From the NCBI GenBank assembly GCA_035515075.1, contig DATJBZ010000012.1:2360-66359 (forward strand): a stretch of 64,000 bases of DNA. The letters are read 5' to 3'. How positions within the stretch are numbered: the first letter of the stretch is position 1; each line of letters opens with the position of its first letter. Shown piece by piece: positions 28,588 through 39,571 of the stretch. The notes under the pieces were generated by a model. That model saw only the letters and a list, made by a program, of their open reading frames with translations, did no database searches and was not told where the DNA came from. The stretch comes from Moheibacter sp. GTDB lineage: Bacteria > Bacteroidota > Bacteroidia > Flavobacteriales > Weeksellaceae. Both the position numbers and the translations under genes were made by a program.

Positions 28588-30093
28588 ATGACTGAAGTAA
28601 ACGTTCGATTTGCACCGAGTCCAACTGGTCCTTTGCACATTGGTGGAGTCCGCACTGCATTGTACAATTATTTATTTGCAAAACATTTTGGTGGGAAATT
28701 TCTATTGAGAATTGAGGACACCGACCAAAATCGGTATGTTCCTGGCGCGGAAGAATACATCGTTGAAGCCTTGAAATGGTTGGGCATCACACCAGATGAA
28801 GGCCATGGATTTGGCGGTGAGGATGGTCCTTATCGACAGTCAGAACGAAAAGAATTTTACGCAAAATATGCGCAAGAATTAATCGATAACGGGCACGCAT
28901 ATTATGCTTTTGATACCGCAGAAGAATTGAACGCTTTGCGGGAAGATGCAGAGAAAAATGGAAAAGTATTTACTTACAATGCAGCTAGTCGAGCGCAGTT
29001 GAACAACTCGTTGAACTTATCTGAGGAAATCGTTCAAGAGCGTTTGAATGCAAACATTCCTTATGTGGTTCGTTTCAAAATTGAAGCCGACCAAACCATT
29101 GCGTTGGAAGACATGATTCGTGGAAAAATCACCATTGACTCCAATGTTTTGGATGATAAAGTTTTGTTCAAATCAGATGGCATGCCGACCTATCATTTGG
29201 CGAACATAGTTGATGATCATTTGATGAAAATCAGCCATGTGATCCGTGGAGAAGAGTGGTTGCCTTCGATGGCTTTGCACGAATTGTTGTACCAAGCTTT
29301 TGGATGGAAAGCACCGAAATTTGCGCATTTGCCATTGATTTTGAAACCAGTTGGCAAAGGAAAGTTGAGCAAGAGGGACGGAGACCAGCATGGATTTCCT
29401 GTTTTCCCTTTGGAGTGGATAACGGAAGAAGGCGTGGCAAAAGGTTACCGAGAAGAAGGTTATTTTCCCGAAGCGGTCGTCAATATGTTGGCTTTGTTGG
29501 GTTGGAATCCTGGAACTGACCAAGAAATTTTTACTATGGAAGAATTGGTCAAAGGATTTACTTTGGAAAAAGTGAGCAAATCGGGCGCACGTTTCAATCC
29601 TGAGAAAACGATTTGGTTCAACCACCAATATTTACAAATGAAAACGGCAGAGGAAATCTTGCCTACTTACAATGAAATTTTACAAAACCATGGCATTGCA
29701 GTTGATGATGCGCTGAATGTGCAAATCATTGATTTGTTGAAAGAGCGCGCCAACTTTGTGCATGAAATTTATGCCCAAGCCCAGTTTTTCTATCAAGCAC
29801 CTGTTGCGTATGATGAAAAAGCAGTGAAGAAAGCTTGGAAAGAAGACGTTCCTGCTTTGCTTCAAGGTTTTGCGAAGGAATTGGATCAACTCGAAAACTT
29901 CGACCAAAAAACCATCCATGAAACCGTTCAGCAATTTGTCGCTACCCAAGAAATTGGTTTTGGAAAATTGATGATGCCGGTTCGTTTGGCGATGGTCGGC
30001 AGTTTACAAGGGCCAGATGTGCCGTTGTTGATGGAAATGCTGGGCAAAGAAGAAGTATTGCGCCGATTGGAGAAAATCGTCGAAAGTCTATAA
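28588..30093 (+). CDS. gltX: glutamate--tRNA ligase
   Basis: RFAPSPTGPLHIGG (HIGH), KLSKRD (KMSKS), class I GluRS layout. Confidence 0.95.
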   Translation: MTEVNVRFAPSPTGPLHIGGVRTALYNYLFAKHFGGKFLLRIEDTDQNRYVPGAEEYIVEALKWLGITPDEGHGFGGEDGPYRQSERKEFYAKYAQELIDNGHAYYAFDTAEELNALREDAEKNGKVFTYNAASRAQLNNSLNLSEEIVQERLNANIPYVVRFKIEADQTIALEDMIRGKITIDSNVLDDKVLFKSDGMPTYHLANIVDDHLMKISHVIRGEEWLPSMALHELLYQAFGWKAPKFAHLPLILKPVGKGKLSKRDGDQHGFPVFPLEWITEEGVAKGYREEGYFPEAVVNMLALLGWNPGTDQEIFTMEELVKGFTLEKVSKSGARFNPEKTIWFNHQYLQMKTAEEILPTYNEILQNHGIAVDDALNVQIIDLLKERANFVHEIYAQAQFFYQAPVAYDEKAVKKAWKEDVPALLQGFAKELDQLENFDQKTIHETVQQFVATQEIGFGKLMMPVRLAMVGSLQGPDVPLLMEMLGKEEVLRRLEKIVESL

Positions 30094-30115
30094 ATATAGT
30101 TGATCAAAGCGTTTT

Positions 30116-30153
30116 AAAATGGATTTGTTCTTCATGAATGAATCCATTTTTTT
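30116..30153 (+). terminator. rho-independent terminator after gltX
   Basis: AAAATGGATT...AATCCATTTT followed by a T run. Confidence 0.6.
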
Positions 30154-30213
30154 GTGGAAATTCATTGGAGATCAAAAGTTTGAATTACATTTAGAAAAGA
30201 GAAAAATCATTGG

Positions 30214-30711
30214 ATGAAAAAAATAGTCAAAACCATTCGAAATTTATCTGCAGGACTGAGTTGGCGGATGTTTCGCGCTTTGTTGTCTAAACCGCATTTG
30301 CTATTGCCAACGGCCTGGGCAACGGTGGAGTCGGTGCTCTTTGCTGAATTGCATTTCAAAGAAGCCCATGGTGGACAAGGCGTGGCAAATGCCTTTCGTC
30401 ATGCTGCTTGGAATCTATTGATTGCCAAAAATTGTTCGGTTTTCACTTCAGAAGAGAAGGCGTTGGCTTGGGCGAAATTTACCACCGATTTGCATGAAGA
30501 ATGTTTTCCAAACGATGATTTTGACCGAGAAATGGATTTGCACAACAATGCTTTTGGACGAAAGGTTTTTGAGGAATTGCGGCTGAATAATGTGCGTTCA
30601 AAAAAGAAAATGATCCTTCATTTGGTAGAGAAAACTAAAACGGCGGTCGGCTTAAATGACGAAAAATTCTTCAAGCAACATTTGGATGAAATGGTTTTTT
30701 TGAAAGCTTAA
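30214..30711 (+). CDS. hypothetical protein with conserved His/Asn motifs
   Basis: NAFRHAAWN, LHEE and MDLHNNAFGR look like a metal- or active-site-type pattern. Family not recognised with certainty. Confidence 0.4.
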   Translation: MKKIVKTIRNLSAGLSWRMFRALLSKPHLLLPTAWATVESVLFAELHFKEAHGGQGVANAFRHAAWNLLIAKNCSVFTSEEKALAWAKFTTDLHEECFPNDDFDREMDLHNNAFGRKVFEELRLNNVRSKKKMILHLVEKTKTAVGLNDEKFFKQHLDEMVFLKA

Positions 30712-30796
30712 AAACATCTGAAATTACTTGAAAAATCGATTTGTTCATGAAAAAAAATAGCAGATAGATTTCAAAAATCACTTGAGCATTTGGCAT

Positions 30797-30830
30797 AAAA
30801 AAAGAGCAGCTGCCACATGGACAGCTGCTC
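30797..30830 (-). terminator. rho-independent terminator after the susD-like gene
   Basis: GAGCAGCTG...CAGCTGCTC stem with a T7 run on the minus strand. Confidence 0.6.
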
Positions 30831-30860
30831 AATTATAAAAACATTAAACTTTACGAATAA

Positions 30861-32228
30861 TTAAGGGTTTTGAACCATTAATGGGTTGGTATTCATTTCG
30901 TTCAAAGGAATTGGGAATACTCTCAATTTGCTTGTGAATGGAACGTTGCTGTTAACTGTACTGTTCGCACTTCTTTGGATGTCCAATCCGTGACGGTTCA
31001 TGTCAAAGTAACGGTGTCCTTCAAAAGCCAATTCGATTCTTCTTTGCAACAAGATTTCATCCAACAAAGCTTGACCTGTTCCGTTGAAATCATAACTTTC
31101 GTCGCGGTAATTTTTTACCCAATCAACTAATTCAGTCAAAGCCAATGAAGGATTGGTGTGGTACAAAGCTTCGATTTTGTTCAACAAAACTTCAGTTGCT
31201 CTGATCACGATCACATCATTGTCCACGTTACCGAATTTCTTCACTCCGTAAGGTTGAGGGATGTCATTGGTATCCCAAAGGTTGTACAAGTCTTTTCTTG
31301 CATCGGTTTCAGCAATCAAATTGTAAAAATCTGTGGTAGCTGCTGTGTCCGAATAGCGCAATCCTTCTGTCCAAGTAGCCGATAAAGCATCGTTCACGTT
31401 AGGGTTGTCTGATTCAGAAAAATCAACTCCAAACAAGGTTTCATTGTATCTGATCGGGTCTTGGTAGTAAGAAGACAGTTGATCAGCAGTTAGCAATTCT
31501 GCACCGCTCAAAGCCAAATCTGCATATTCAGTTGCCTTTGCATAGTTTTTTTGGTACAAATAAACTCTGGACAACAAACCATAAGCTGCTTCTTTGGTGA
31601 ATCTAGACTGTTCTGTACCTGAAGGCAAATGTTCTGCAGCTAAAATCAATTGAGAAGTAACTTCTTCATACACTTCAGCAACGGTGCTTCTTTTTATGGC
31701 TAAGTCTTTTTCGAAAACCGAAGGAATGGGTACACCCAATTCTTGGTCAAAAGTGCCATAAGGTCTTGCATAGTAATTGACCATGTTGAACAATTGCAAA
31801 GCGCGGATGGCTCTTGCTTCAGCATAGTTTACCTCTGTGCCAGGTGTATTGATGGTTTCTTCAAAAGACAACACAAAGTTGGCTCTTGCAATCGCTCTGT
31901 ATCCGATCGTCCACATGTTGGCGATGCTTCCACCTGTTGGTAAAGCATGTTCATAACGATAGAAATCGGTAAAACGGTTGGAGTTTTTTGATAAAACGAA
32001 GCCGTTGTCTGTCAAAATCTCTTGTGCTGAAATATAGTAGTTTCCGTAAGCGAAATTGCTTTGGATTGCATCATATACTCCTAAAGTTGCAGTCTCTAAT
32101 TGTGCTGCGTTGGTAATTGCGCCTTCAGCATCGACCGAGTTACTTGGGTCGTACTCCATGAAGTCGTCTTGACAAGCGGTCAATCCCAAAAGACCGATGA
32201 TGCTCAGGCTAAATATTATTTTTTTCAT
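30861..32228 (-). CDS. susD: SusD/RagB-family nutrient-binding outer-membrane lipoprotein
   Basis: Lipobox LTAC, TPR-like helical content, and a position immediately downstream of a SusC-like TBDT. Confidence 0.85.
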   Translation of the reverse strand: MKKIIFSLSIIGLLGLTACQDDFMEYDPSNSVDAEGAITNAAQLETATLGVYDAIQSNFAYGNYYISAQEILTDNGFVLSKNSNRFTDFYRYEHALPTGGSIANMWTIGYRAIARANFVLSFEETINTPGTEVNYAEARAIRALQLFNMVNYYARPYGTFDQELGVPIPSVFEKDLAIKRSTVAEVYEEVTSQLILAAEHLPSGTEQSRFTKEAAYGLLSRVYLYQKNYAKATEYADLALSGAELLTADQLSSYYQDPIRYNETLFGVDFSESDNPNVNDALSATWTEGLRYSDTAATTDFYNLIAETDARKDLYNLWDTNDIPQPYGVKKFGNVDNDVIVIRATEVLLNKIEALYHTNPSLALTELVDWVKNYRDESYDFNGTGQALLDEILLQRRIELAFEGHRYFDMNRHGLDIQRSANSTVNSNVPFTSKLRVFPIPLNEMNTNPLMVQNP

Positions 32229-32248
32229 TTTCTTTAAAATTTAAATCA

Positions 32249-35200
32249 TTAGAAATCCAATCTCACACCAATCATGAATTGTCTCAAATTCGGTTGTGTC
32301 ATGTTGTACATTCCCATTTGCTCTAATGCATTGTAATCAACATCAGAAGACGATGTTTCTGGGTCAAACCACAAGTCTTTGTCAAAGGTCCATACAAACA
32401 AGTTGTATCCTTTCACATATACATAAACATTGTCCAAACCAGTTCCTTGACCTAAGATGTCTTTACCAAAACGGTATCCGAACTCAGCAGATCTCCAACG
32501 GATGTGGTCTGCGTCATACAAATATCTTGTAGAGCCCACGCTTGATTGAGAGTTACCACCCCAGATGTTTTGAGGCAAAGTAGCATTCCCAGCATTTTCT
32601 GGAGTCCAAGCACCGTTTGCCCAATCTGCACGTGTATTCAGGTCAGCATAAGCTCCGTCACTGTTGTACACAAAGCCCCATTGGTCATACACAGAATGTC
32701 CTCCTGCATAAGTGAACAAAGAGCTCAATACAAATCCTTTGTAGTTCAAAGAAGTAGCCAAACCTGCAGTGTGTACTGGCAAGGCTTGTTTTCCTGTGAA
32801 TACTTGTTTTGCTTCTCTAGCTACACTTGTTGTTTCAGTTCTAGTTTCATCAGTATACCAAAGAGGTTTACCATTTGATTGGTCCACTCCTGCCCATAGT
32901 CTGGTGTAAAACTCAGTTGGGTTGTGTCCGTTTTCCCAAGCTTTGGCAGCATTTCTTACGGCGATGTTTCCGTTGTTCAAGTTTTTGATTTCAGAATCAT
33001 TGTAGGCATAGTTTGCAGTGATCGACCACTCAAAATCATTGGTTCTAACTGGAACCAAAGTCAAAGCAGCTTCGATACCTCTACTTTGCAATTCTCCATC
33101 ATTGATCCAATAACTTGTCAATCCTGTTGCAGAAGCGTTTGTTGGGCGTGTGTACAATAAGTCTTTTACATTTTTCTCGTACACATCTACCGTCGCTTTT
33201 ACACGGTTTGAGAAGATGGCCACATCGATTCCGATATTCGCTTGGTTGGTGGTTTCCCACTTCAAGTTTTCGTCACCCAATTGTACGATAGCTCCCGCTG
33301 GTGCACCTAAGTAAGCTCCATTTACTGCACGGTACAAAGTTCTTGATGCGTAGTTTCCGATTTCAGCATTTCCTACAGTTCCGTAAGATCCTCTTAATTT
33401 CAATTCATTGAATGCAGACAATTCAAATATTCTGTTGAAGTTGATCGCTGCACCCGCACCCCAGAAAGTTCCCCATTGGTTACCTGAACCAAAACGTGAA
33501 GAACCGTCACGACGAAGGTTACCTGTCAATGAGAATTTTCCATCAAAATCATACGCCAAACGTCCAAAGTAACTTACAAAAGAATAGTTGGCTTTGGCTG
33601 AATTAGCGCCTGCGAAATTCGCTCCGTTGTCCAATGTAGGTTTGGTATTTCCTGAAGGGAAACCTCTTTTCTCTGCGCTTACTACGCTGTAGTCATATTG
33701 AATGGCTTCAGTACCTGCAGTCAAAGTCAAATTGTGTAGGTCTGCAAACGTTTTGGTGTAACGCAAAGCGTTGGTCCAGTTCCATGTACTGAAGTTTCTT
33801 TGTGTAGCCAATCCATATCCTTTTCCTAGTGGGTGTGCACCTTCTCCATCACCGAAGTCAGGATTCCAGTACAATAACTCATCGTAGAAGTTGTAGTCAA
33901 CACCAAATCTAGATTCGAAGTTCAAATCTTTGGTGATGTCATAATCTCCACCAATGTTGATAATCGCTTTATAGAAATCAGATACTTGGGTATTGGTGTT
34001 TTGAATAGCTACAGGGTTGAAAGATTCGCTTAAGTACGACAAGTTCAAATTATAGCTTCCATCTGGGTTATAAATTGACTGAGTAGGTGACATCAAGTTT
34101 CCAGCCCAAACTGGGTTAGAGAAAGCCGAACCATCCGTTGGACCTGTTTGTGTCGCTTTGCTCAAGCTCACGTCAAAGTTCAAGTTCATTTTGTCATTCA
34201 CGATCCAGTCTGTTGACAAGTATCCTGAAAGACGGTTGAAGTTAGCATCTCTTGAGATACCATCTTGGTCATTGTAGCTCAATGAAGTAAATACCCTTAC
34301 TTTTTCAGAACCACCTGAATAGTTGAACACATACTTTTGAGAAGCAATTGCATTGTGACGCGTTGCTTTTCTCCAGTCTGTATTGGTTTTTCCATCCCAT
34401 CCTAAGTATCCAACAGCTTGGTCATTGGAAGTTTCAGCATCCCATCCATAAGCATTTCCTAAGGCTTGTGCCATATAGTTTACATGCCCTTCAGCATCCA
34501 ACCAGTCTTTTTTCTCAAATGCAACGTTACCTACTCCGAATTCAGAATTGAACATGAAGTTGTTTTTGTTGTAAGCTCCTTTTTTCAAAGTCACCAAAAT
34601 CACTCCACTTGCCCCTCTTGATCCATACAAAGAAGTTGCAACCGCATCTTTCAATACCGTTACTGTTTCAATGGTTGAAGGATCAATGTTTGCCAATGGG
34701 TTAGATGTTGCTGCGATTCCAGACATGTCGTCTGAAGTTACAGGAACTCCGTTGATCACGACCAATGGACTAGAGTTGGCTGTCAATGAAGTCAAACCAC
34801 GTACATAAATTGGTGATTGTGATCCTGGCTGTCCACTGGACGCACCGATGTTCACCCCCGCAATTTGTCCTTGCAAAGCTTGTTCGAAAGAGACAGATCC
34901 AATTTTTTCAATGTCTTCTGCCTTCACATTGGTATAAGCTCCAGTTTTTTGTTCATCTGTTTCTTTAATACCATAACCCAATACAACGATTTCGTCTAAA
35001 ATCTCAGCGCCTAAAGTCAATACGCCTAAGTTGTTTGAATTTACGTTAAAATCCTTTGATGTTCCATACATATCAGTGATCGTCAAAACGTCACCAATTT
35101 GGGCATCAATTTCAAAAATACCATCGTTATCGGTATAGACAGTATTGTCTCCACCTCTAACAGCCACTTCTGCGTCTGTAACCGCAAAACCGTCTTGGTC

Positions 35201-35284
35201 ATTTACTGTTCCTCTTACCTGGGCTTCCACCATTTGGAAAATCCCAAACAAAAAGAGGAAACTTAATAACACATTTCTCCTCAT
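32249..35284 (-). CDS. susC: SusC/RagA-family TonB-dependent transporter
   Basis: N-terminal carboxypeptidase-regulatory-like domain, plug (VVVLGYG, RGLTSL), a long beta-barrel, and a terminal aromatic (LDF). Confidence 0.9.
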   Translation of the reverse strand: MRRNVLLSFLFLFGIFQMVEAQVRGTVNDQDGFAVTDAEVAVRGGDNTVYTDNDGIFEIDAQIGDVLTITDMYGTSKDFNVNSNNLGVLTLGAEILDEIVVLGYGIKETDEQKTGAYTNVKAEDIEKIGSVSFEQALQGQIAGVNIGASSGQPGSQSPIYVRGLTSLTANSSPLVVINGVPVTSDDMSGIAATSNPLANIDPSTIETVTVLKDAVATSLYGSRGASGVILVTLKKGAYNKNNFMFNSEFGVGNVAFEKKDWLDAEGHVNYMAQALGNAYGWDAETSNDQAVGYLGWDGKTNTDWRKATRHNAIASQKYVFNYSGGSEKVRVFTSLSYNDQDGISRDANFNRLSGYLSTDWIVNDKMNLNFDVSLSKATQTGPTDGSAFSNPVWAGNLMSPTQSIYNPDGSYNLNLSYLSESFNPVAIQNTNTQVSDFYKAIINIGGDYDITKDLNFESRFGVDYNFYDELLYWNPDFGDGEGAHPLGKGYGLATQRNFSTWNWTNALRYTKTFADLHNLTLTAGTEAIQYDYSVVSAEKRGFPSGNTKPTLDNGANFAGANSAKANYSFVSYFGRLAYDFDGKFSLTGNLRRDGSSRFGSGNQWGTFWGAGAAINFNRIFELSAFNELKLRGSYGTVGNAEIGNYASRTLYRAVNGAYLGAPAGAIVQLGDENLKWETTNQANIGIDVAIFSNRVKATVDVYEKNVKDLLYTRPTNASATGLTSYWINDGELQSRGIEAALTLVPVRTNDFEWSITANYAYNDSEIKNLNNGNIAVRNAAKAWENGHNPTEFYTRLWAGVDQSNGKPLWYTDETRTETTSVAREAKQVFTGKQALPVHTAGLATSLNYKGFVLSSLFTYAGGHSVYDQWGFVYNSDGAYADLNTRADWANGAWTPENAGNATLPQNIWGGNSQSSVGSTRYLYDADHIRWRSAEFGYRFGKDILGQGTGLDNVYVYVKGYNLFVWTFDKDLWFDPETSSSDVDYNALEQMGMYNMTQPNLRQFMIGVRLDF

Positions 35285-35707
35285 TTTTTAATTTGGTTTT
35301 TAATATTAGAAACACAAATCAATAAAAGATTCTTCACAATCTATTGTACAATTCTTAAGGCATTGTAAAATGAGTAATAGGTAGGTGTTGGCTAAATCAC
35401 TACTTCGTTTCTACTCACTCTGCGTTTATCTTGCTGTAGAATAGGTAGTTAATATTTCGCGGTGTAAAATTCAAGTAAAGCAATTGTTAAATGAATTGTT
35501 AAATGAAAACGCCCCAAGAATTGTTGGAAATACGCATTATGCCCAGTCCGAATAAAAAGAGTAAAAGGTAAGTAATCTGAAATTAGCCCCTCAAAAATTA
35601 TTGCATTTAATTTGTACCATAATACTTCAGGAAGTAAAATTATCTTGTAATATAAAATAAATTGCTCCTCATATTTCTGAAGAGATTATAACATTATCTT
35701 ATTTATC

Positions 35708-35733
35708 AGGGAGATTTCATTCTCCCTTTTTTT
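35708..35733 (+). terminator. orphan plus-strand rho-independent terminator in the susC upstream region
   Basis: AGGGAGA-tttcat-TCTCCCT followed by T7. No plus-strand ORF of 60 aa or more precedes it. Confidence 0.5.
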
Positions 35734-35897
35734 GTGTCAAATTTTCAGCGCATTCAGTGTTTGATCTCTTTGTTTCAAGTTTAAAAACAGCGGACAATGT
35801 TTGTGTTTATGGTGAAACATTCGGATTAAAGGAGTCTTGTATTTTTCCCTAAGCTTATTTCTCGTGTCTAACATCTCGAGTCTATCTAGCTTCATTT

Positions 35898-37307
35898 TTA
35901 AATCGCATTTTCATCGCCAAAGACCATTAGTTTTGCTGTTTGGTAAATGATCAGCAAATCCAATAAGAAAGACCAGTTCCGGACATAGTAAATATCTGTG
36001 CGGATGCGCATTTCCATGTCTTTGTGTGAGTCAACAGCCCCGCGGTGGCCTCTTACTTGCGCCAAACCAGTAATGCCTGGTTTGACATAGTGTCGGAGCG
36101 CATAACGATTGATGATTTCAGAGTAGGCTTCATTTTCAGACACCATGTGTGGGCGAGGTCCTACGATGGACATTTCGCCTTTCAATACATTGAAGAATTG
36201 GGGCAATTCGTCCAAGCTGGTTTTTCTCAATATTTTTCCCAATTTGGTCACCCTTGGATCGTCTCTTTCGGTTGGTTTTTTGTTGTTGTCCTTGTCAGGA
36301 CGCATGGTGCGAAACTTCAAGCAATTGAATTCTTTGCCATTGAGCCCGTTTCTTTTCTGGGCAAATAAAATCGGACCACCTTGCGAAAAATAGACTGCTA
36401 AAGCAATGATGGGTAGGAGCCAGCTGAGTAAAAAAACAAACACAGTTAACGAAAAGATAATATCGAATGTTCGTTTGATGATTTGGTTGAAAGTATGGTC
36501 GAGGGGATATTTTTTATAGGTTAGAATGGGAAATGAGTCAAGGTAATTGATTTCTAAATTTTGTTTTACTTCAATTGATGAACTAGGGATAAATCCTATA
36601 GAGATGTACATATCTTCGAGAATTTCAACTGTTTTTGCTATCATTGAATCATCTAAACCATTGCCTAAAGAGACATAAGCATAGTCAATCTTGTTTTGCA
36701 TCAAGTAATTGATAAATTCATTGTCATCGAATAGAGTTTGATTCTTTGTAGGATTTGAAATAACAAAAATATCTTGAAGCTTTAGTCCTAGTTCTTTTCT
36801 CTTTCTTAGCATGTTTTCTAATCCCTCAGAGTTGTCATTGTAGCCAATAAAGATGACGTTTTTGGAATTGTATCCTTTTTTACGATAAAACTTTAAAAAT
36901 TGATAGATAGTATATCTAGAAATCAATAAATAGAAGAACAGAATGATTATTAGAATTATAGACTCTTGGGTTGTGTAGAGGTTCTCTTTTTTTCCACCTG
37001 AAATGGCAAATAAAACGACAGTAAACAAAATGATTTGGAAAATTAATCTTTTTAGCGTGTCTAAGAATCTGGAAAATCTAAAATTTTTATAAAGTTTTAC
37101 TTGATTAGAGGCTAAAAGCCAAAAAATAATCATCAAAGTCAATGATTTATAATGAACTTTAGCGAAAGTGGTCAATCCATGTAAGGATCTTTCCCATTGA
37201 GGATCATTGATGAAAAGAAAGATGAAAAAAAGACTTATTAAAAATAGGAAATCAATACAAATCAATAGGGATTGAGTATAAGGAGAATAGTTTTTTTTCA
37301 ACATCAT
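35898..37307 (-). CDS. polyprenyl-phosphate glycosyl-phosphotransferase (WbaP/bacterial sugar transferase family), initiating enzyme
   Basis: Four or five N-terminal TM helices plus the C-terminal KFRTM...DDPRVTKLGKILRKTSLDELPQFFNVLKGEMSIVGPRP. Confidence 0.85.
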   Translation of the reverse strand: MMLKKNYSPYTQSLLICIDFLFLISLFFIFLFINDPQWERSLHGLTTFAKVHYKSLTLMIIFWLLASNQVKLYKNFRFSRFLDTLKRLIFQIILFTVVLFAISGGKKENLYTTQESIILIIILFFYLLISRYTIYQFLKFYRKKGYNSKNVIFIGYNDNSEGLENMLRKRKELGLKLQDIFVISNPTKNQTLFDDNEFINYLMQNKIDYAYVSLGNGLDDSMIAKTVEILEDMYISIGFIPSSSIEVKQNLEINYLDSFPILTYKKYPLDHTFNQIIKRTFDIIFSLTVFVFLLSWLLPIIALAVYFSQGGPILFAQKRNGLNGKEFNCLKFRTMRPDKDNNKKPTERDDPRVTKLGKILRKTSLDELPQFFNVLKGEMSIVGPRPHMVSENEAYSEIINRYALRHYVKPGITGLAQVRGHRGAVDSHKDMEMRIRTDIYYVRNWSFLLDLLIIYQTAKLMVFGDENAI

Positions 37308-37602
37308 TTACATTAATTAATATTCACCTTTGCTACACTTTGGTTACAAATATATCAAAAGCTTTTTAAAAAGAACAATAGCTTAGTCATTTTAAAAAGA
37401 ATACAATTAAACTAAAAAAAATGATAGACAGCAGTATGAATGGAATAAAAGTTATTTACAAGCTTAGATAAATCCGCATGAAACTTTTCAGGCGAAAGTG
37501 ATAATAGGAACAGACCAGGCAGAACAAGCGCAAAAACAGTAAAACAAAAAGAAGGTCAAAACTTCGTTTCATTATTCGATTAAATCTAAAGTCCAGTGGT
37601 AT

Positions 37603-38403
37603 TTAAAAAAATCTTTCTTTTATTTTTTTTAAGACTGTTATTGAATTTCTGGGAGTAAACAATAATCCATAACTTCTTATCAATCCGTAAATCGGATATT
37701 TACCCCAATAAAAGTGGTCCTTTATAATATTAATTCTTGCCCTAATTTGTTCTCGTCTTCCAATTGTGGACAAAGAGTTTGGGTTTATTTCATAATCCAA
37801 TAAGATTTCAGGGAGATTTTCACATTTATACTTTTTTGAAACATTGAAAAAGAAAGCATAATCTTCGCCGTTTCTGTGGTATTTTTCAGGAAAGAGACCA
37901 ATTACTTTTAATATATCTGTGTGAAAAATGACACTTGAGTTCACAAAAGTACTATTTAAGTATAATTGTTTTTTAATTTCCTTATAGGACACTGGATGCT
38001 TTAAAATAAATTGGGAATTACCCTTCATGTCTATCATATTTACCCATGTTCCTAATAATTTGGTTTCAGAATGCTTTTTTAAATAGTCTATTTGAGTAGC
38101 ATATTTTTTTGGATGAACTCGATCTCCGCAATCTAATCTTCCCGTAAATTCATAGTTCCATTCCAATATTTTTTTGTATCCAATATTGGTTGCTATTCCA
38201 ACTCCCTGATTTTTAGTCAGTGTTTTTAAAAATATTTCCCCATTTTTATATGTGGATTTTAATTCCTCTAAATCAGGTTGAGTTTTGCTTCCGTCATCAA
38301 CAATTAAAACATCAACCGGAAAATCTTCGTTAATTGACAAAAGTGAAGATTTAAGTCCTTTCAGATTATTATAATGACATATAAGAATTATTATTTTCTT
38401 CAT
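37603..38403 (-). CDS. family 2 glycosyltransferase
   Basis: IILICHYNN...VDVLIVDDGS (DxD-type GT-A N-terminus). Confidence 0.8.
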   Translation of the reverse strand: MKKIIILICHYNNLKGLKSSLLSINEDFPVDVLIVDDGSKTQPDLEELKSTYKNGEIFLKTLTKNQGVGIATNIGYKKILEWNYEFTGRLDCGDRVHPKKYATQIDYLKKHSETKLLGTWVNMIDMKGNSQFILKHPVSYKEIKKQLYLNSTFVNSSVIFHTDILKVIGLFPEKYHRNGEDYAFFFNVSKKYKCENLPEILLDYEINPNSLSTIGRREQIRARINIIKDHFYWGKYPIYGLIRSYGLLFTPRNSITVLKKIKERFF

Positions 38404-39509
38404 AATTTTATTTCAGTAAAATTTAATCTGGCTCGATCAATCGTTTCTTGAATTTTGGTAGGCGTTTTATAAGTTCCATTCAGGTTCGAAATTATATTCT
38501 GCACACATTCCTCAGCTGAAACTTCTGCATCAAAAACCCTTTTTTGGACATCATAACCTATGTCTTCGAGAAAGTCGCCACACTTTCTATGGTATTCAAC
38601 TAATGTGAATGGAACACTTGCGTAACAAGAAAAAACAGAAGCGTGCAGTCTCGTTGAAAACATATAATCACATTCTTTTATCTCATCCCAGACAGATTTA
38701 ATGTTTTTAGAATACGGAAGAATTGTAACTTTTTCTTCTGGAATTAATGCAGCAGTTTCTAGGGTCAATGCTTCGTCTCCCATTGTAGAATGACCATTAA
38801 AAATGAAAAATTTCAACTGGATATTTTCATATTTTGACAGACGTTTGATTACTTCTTGAACGAATTTATTTCTCTTTTCCTCATTTTTAATATTTCCGTT
38901 TTTGTATCGTTCATAATTACAAATGCTTATTCCAATTGTTTTGATTTTTTTCGTGTTTTCTTTGGAATTACTATTAGAATCATTATAGCATTCGGGCAGT
39001 AAAGCAGCTAAATCAAAAGCTTTTATGGGATTGTAGTCTAAATTAAGAGATTTGGCATAGTCATAAGACTTTGTATCTCTCAATGCCAAGAATTCTAATC
39101 TTTTTAGATATTCAATGACTTTTTTCTCATCCTTTACTGAGTTAAAAGGACCTATTGAAACACCAATGCCTCCATGTTTGATTTTCTTATTGATTATTTC
39201 CGCATTTTGGGCAAAAATAATATCGCTCAAAGGAGTTATTTTACTAAAAACAGAACCACCGGCGTTGATAAAATAATCTGTAGATAAAGCTTCTTTTAAC
39301 ACGAATAATTTTTCTATCAGGCGATTCGACTTATTATTGGGATAGATTCTTTTTATCGGGTTCAGAGTTTCAGGGAGGTCTTTTCCTGGGTAGAATGCAG
39401 ATTCGGTGTTCTTCCAAAAATGACGATTTCCCCAAGAGGTAATTTCAACAAACGCATCGTCTCCTGTGTTTTTGTAACCGTAAAAGCCGTTAAAAATTAT
39501 CTTCTTCAT
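38400..39509 (-). CDS. polysaccharide pyruvyl transferase family protein
   Basis: N-terminal GFYGYKNTGDDAF and a C-terminal RLHASVF-type block typical of the CsaB/WcaK-like family. The call is by memory only. Confidence 0.55.
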   Translation of the reverse strand: MKKIIFNGFYGYKNTGDDAFVEITSWGNRHFWKNTESAFYPGKDLPETLNPIKRIYPNNKSNRLIEKLFVLKEALSTDYFINAGGSVFSKITPLSDIIFAQNAEIINKKIKHGGIGVSIGPFNSVKDEKKVIEYLKRLEFLALRDTKSYDYAKSLNLDYNPIKAFDLAALLPECYNDSNSNSKENTKKIKTIGISICNYERYKNGNIKNEEKRNKFVQEVIKRLSKYENIQLKFFIFNGHSTMGDEALTLETAALIPEEKVTILPYSKNIKSVWDEIKECDYMFSTRLHASVFSCYASVPFTLVEYHRKCGDFLEDIGYDVQKRVFDAEVSAEECVQNIISNLNGTYKTPTKIQETIDRARLNFTEIKL

Positions 39510-39571
39510 ATTTCATTGTAATTTTATTATTCCACTTTTGTGAACAAAATTTTTGATTGGTTTTCTGTACT

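Noticed and set aside
30861-35284. SusC/SusD pair as the core of a novel PUL
   Set aside because: No glycoside hydrolase, sulfatase or hybrid regulator lies adjacent on either side. The neighbours are a hypothetical gene and a biosynthetic locus, so nothing beyond the standard pair can be supported from the sequence.
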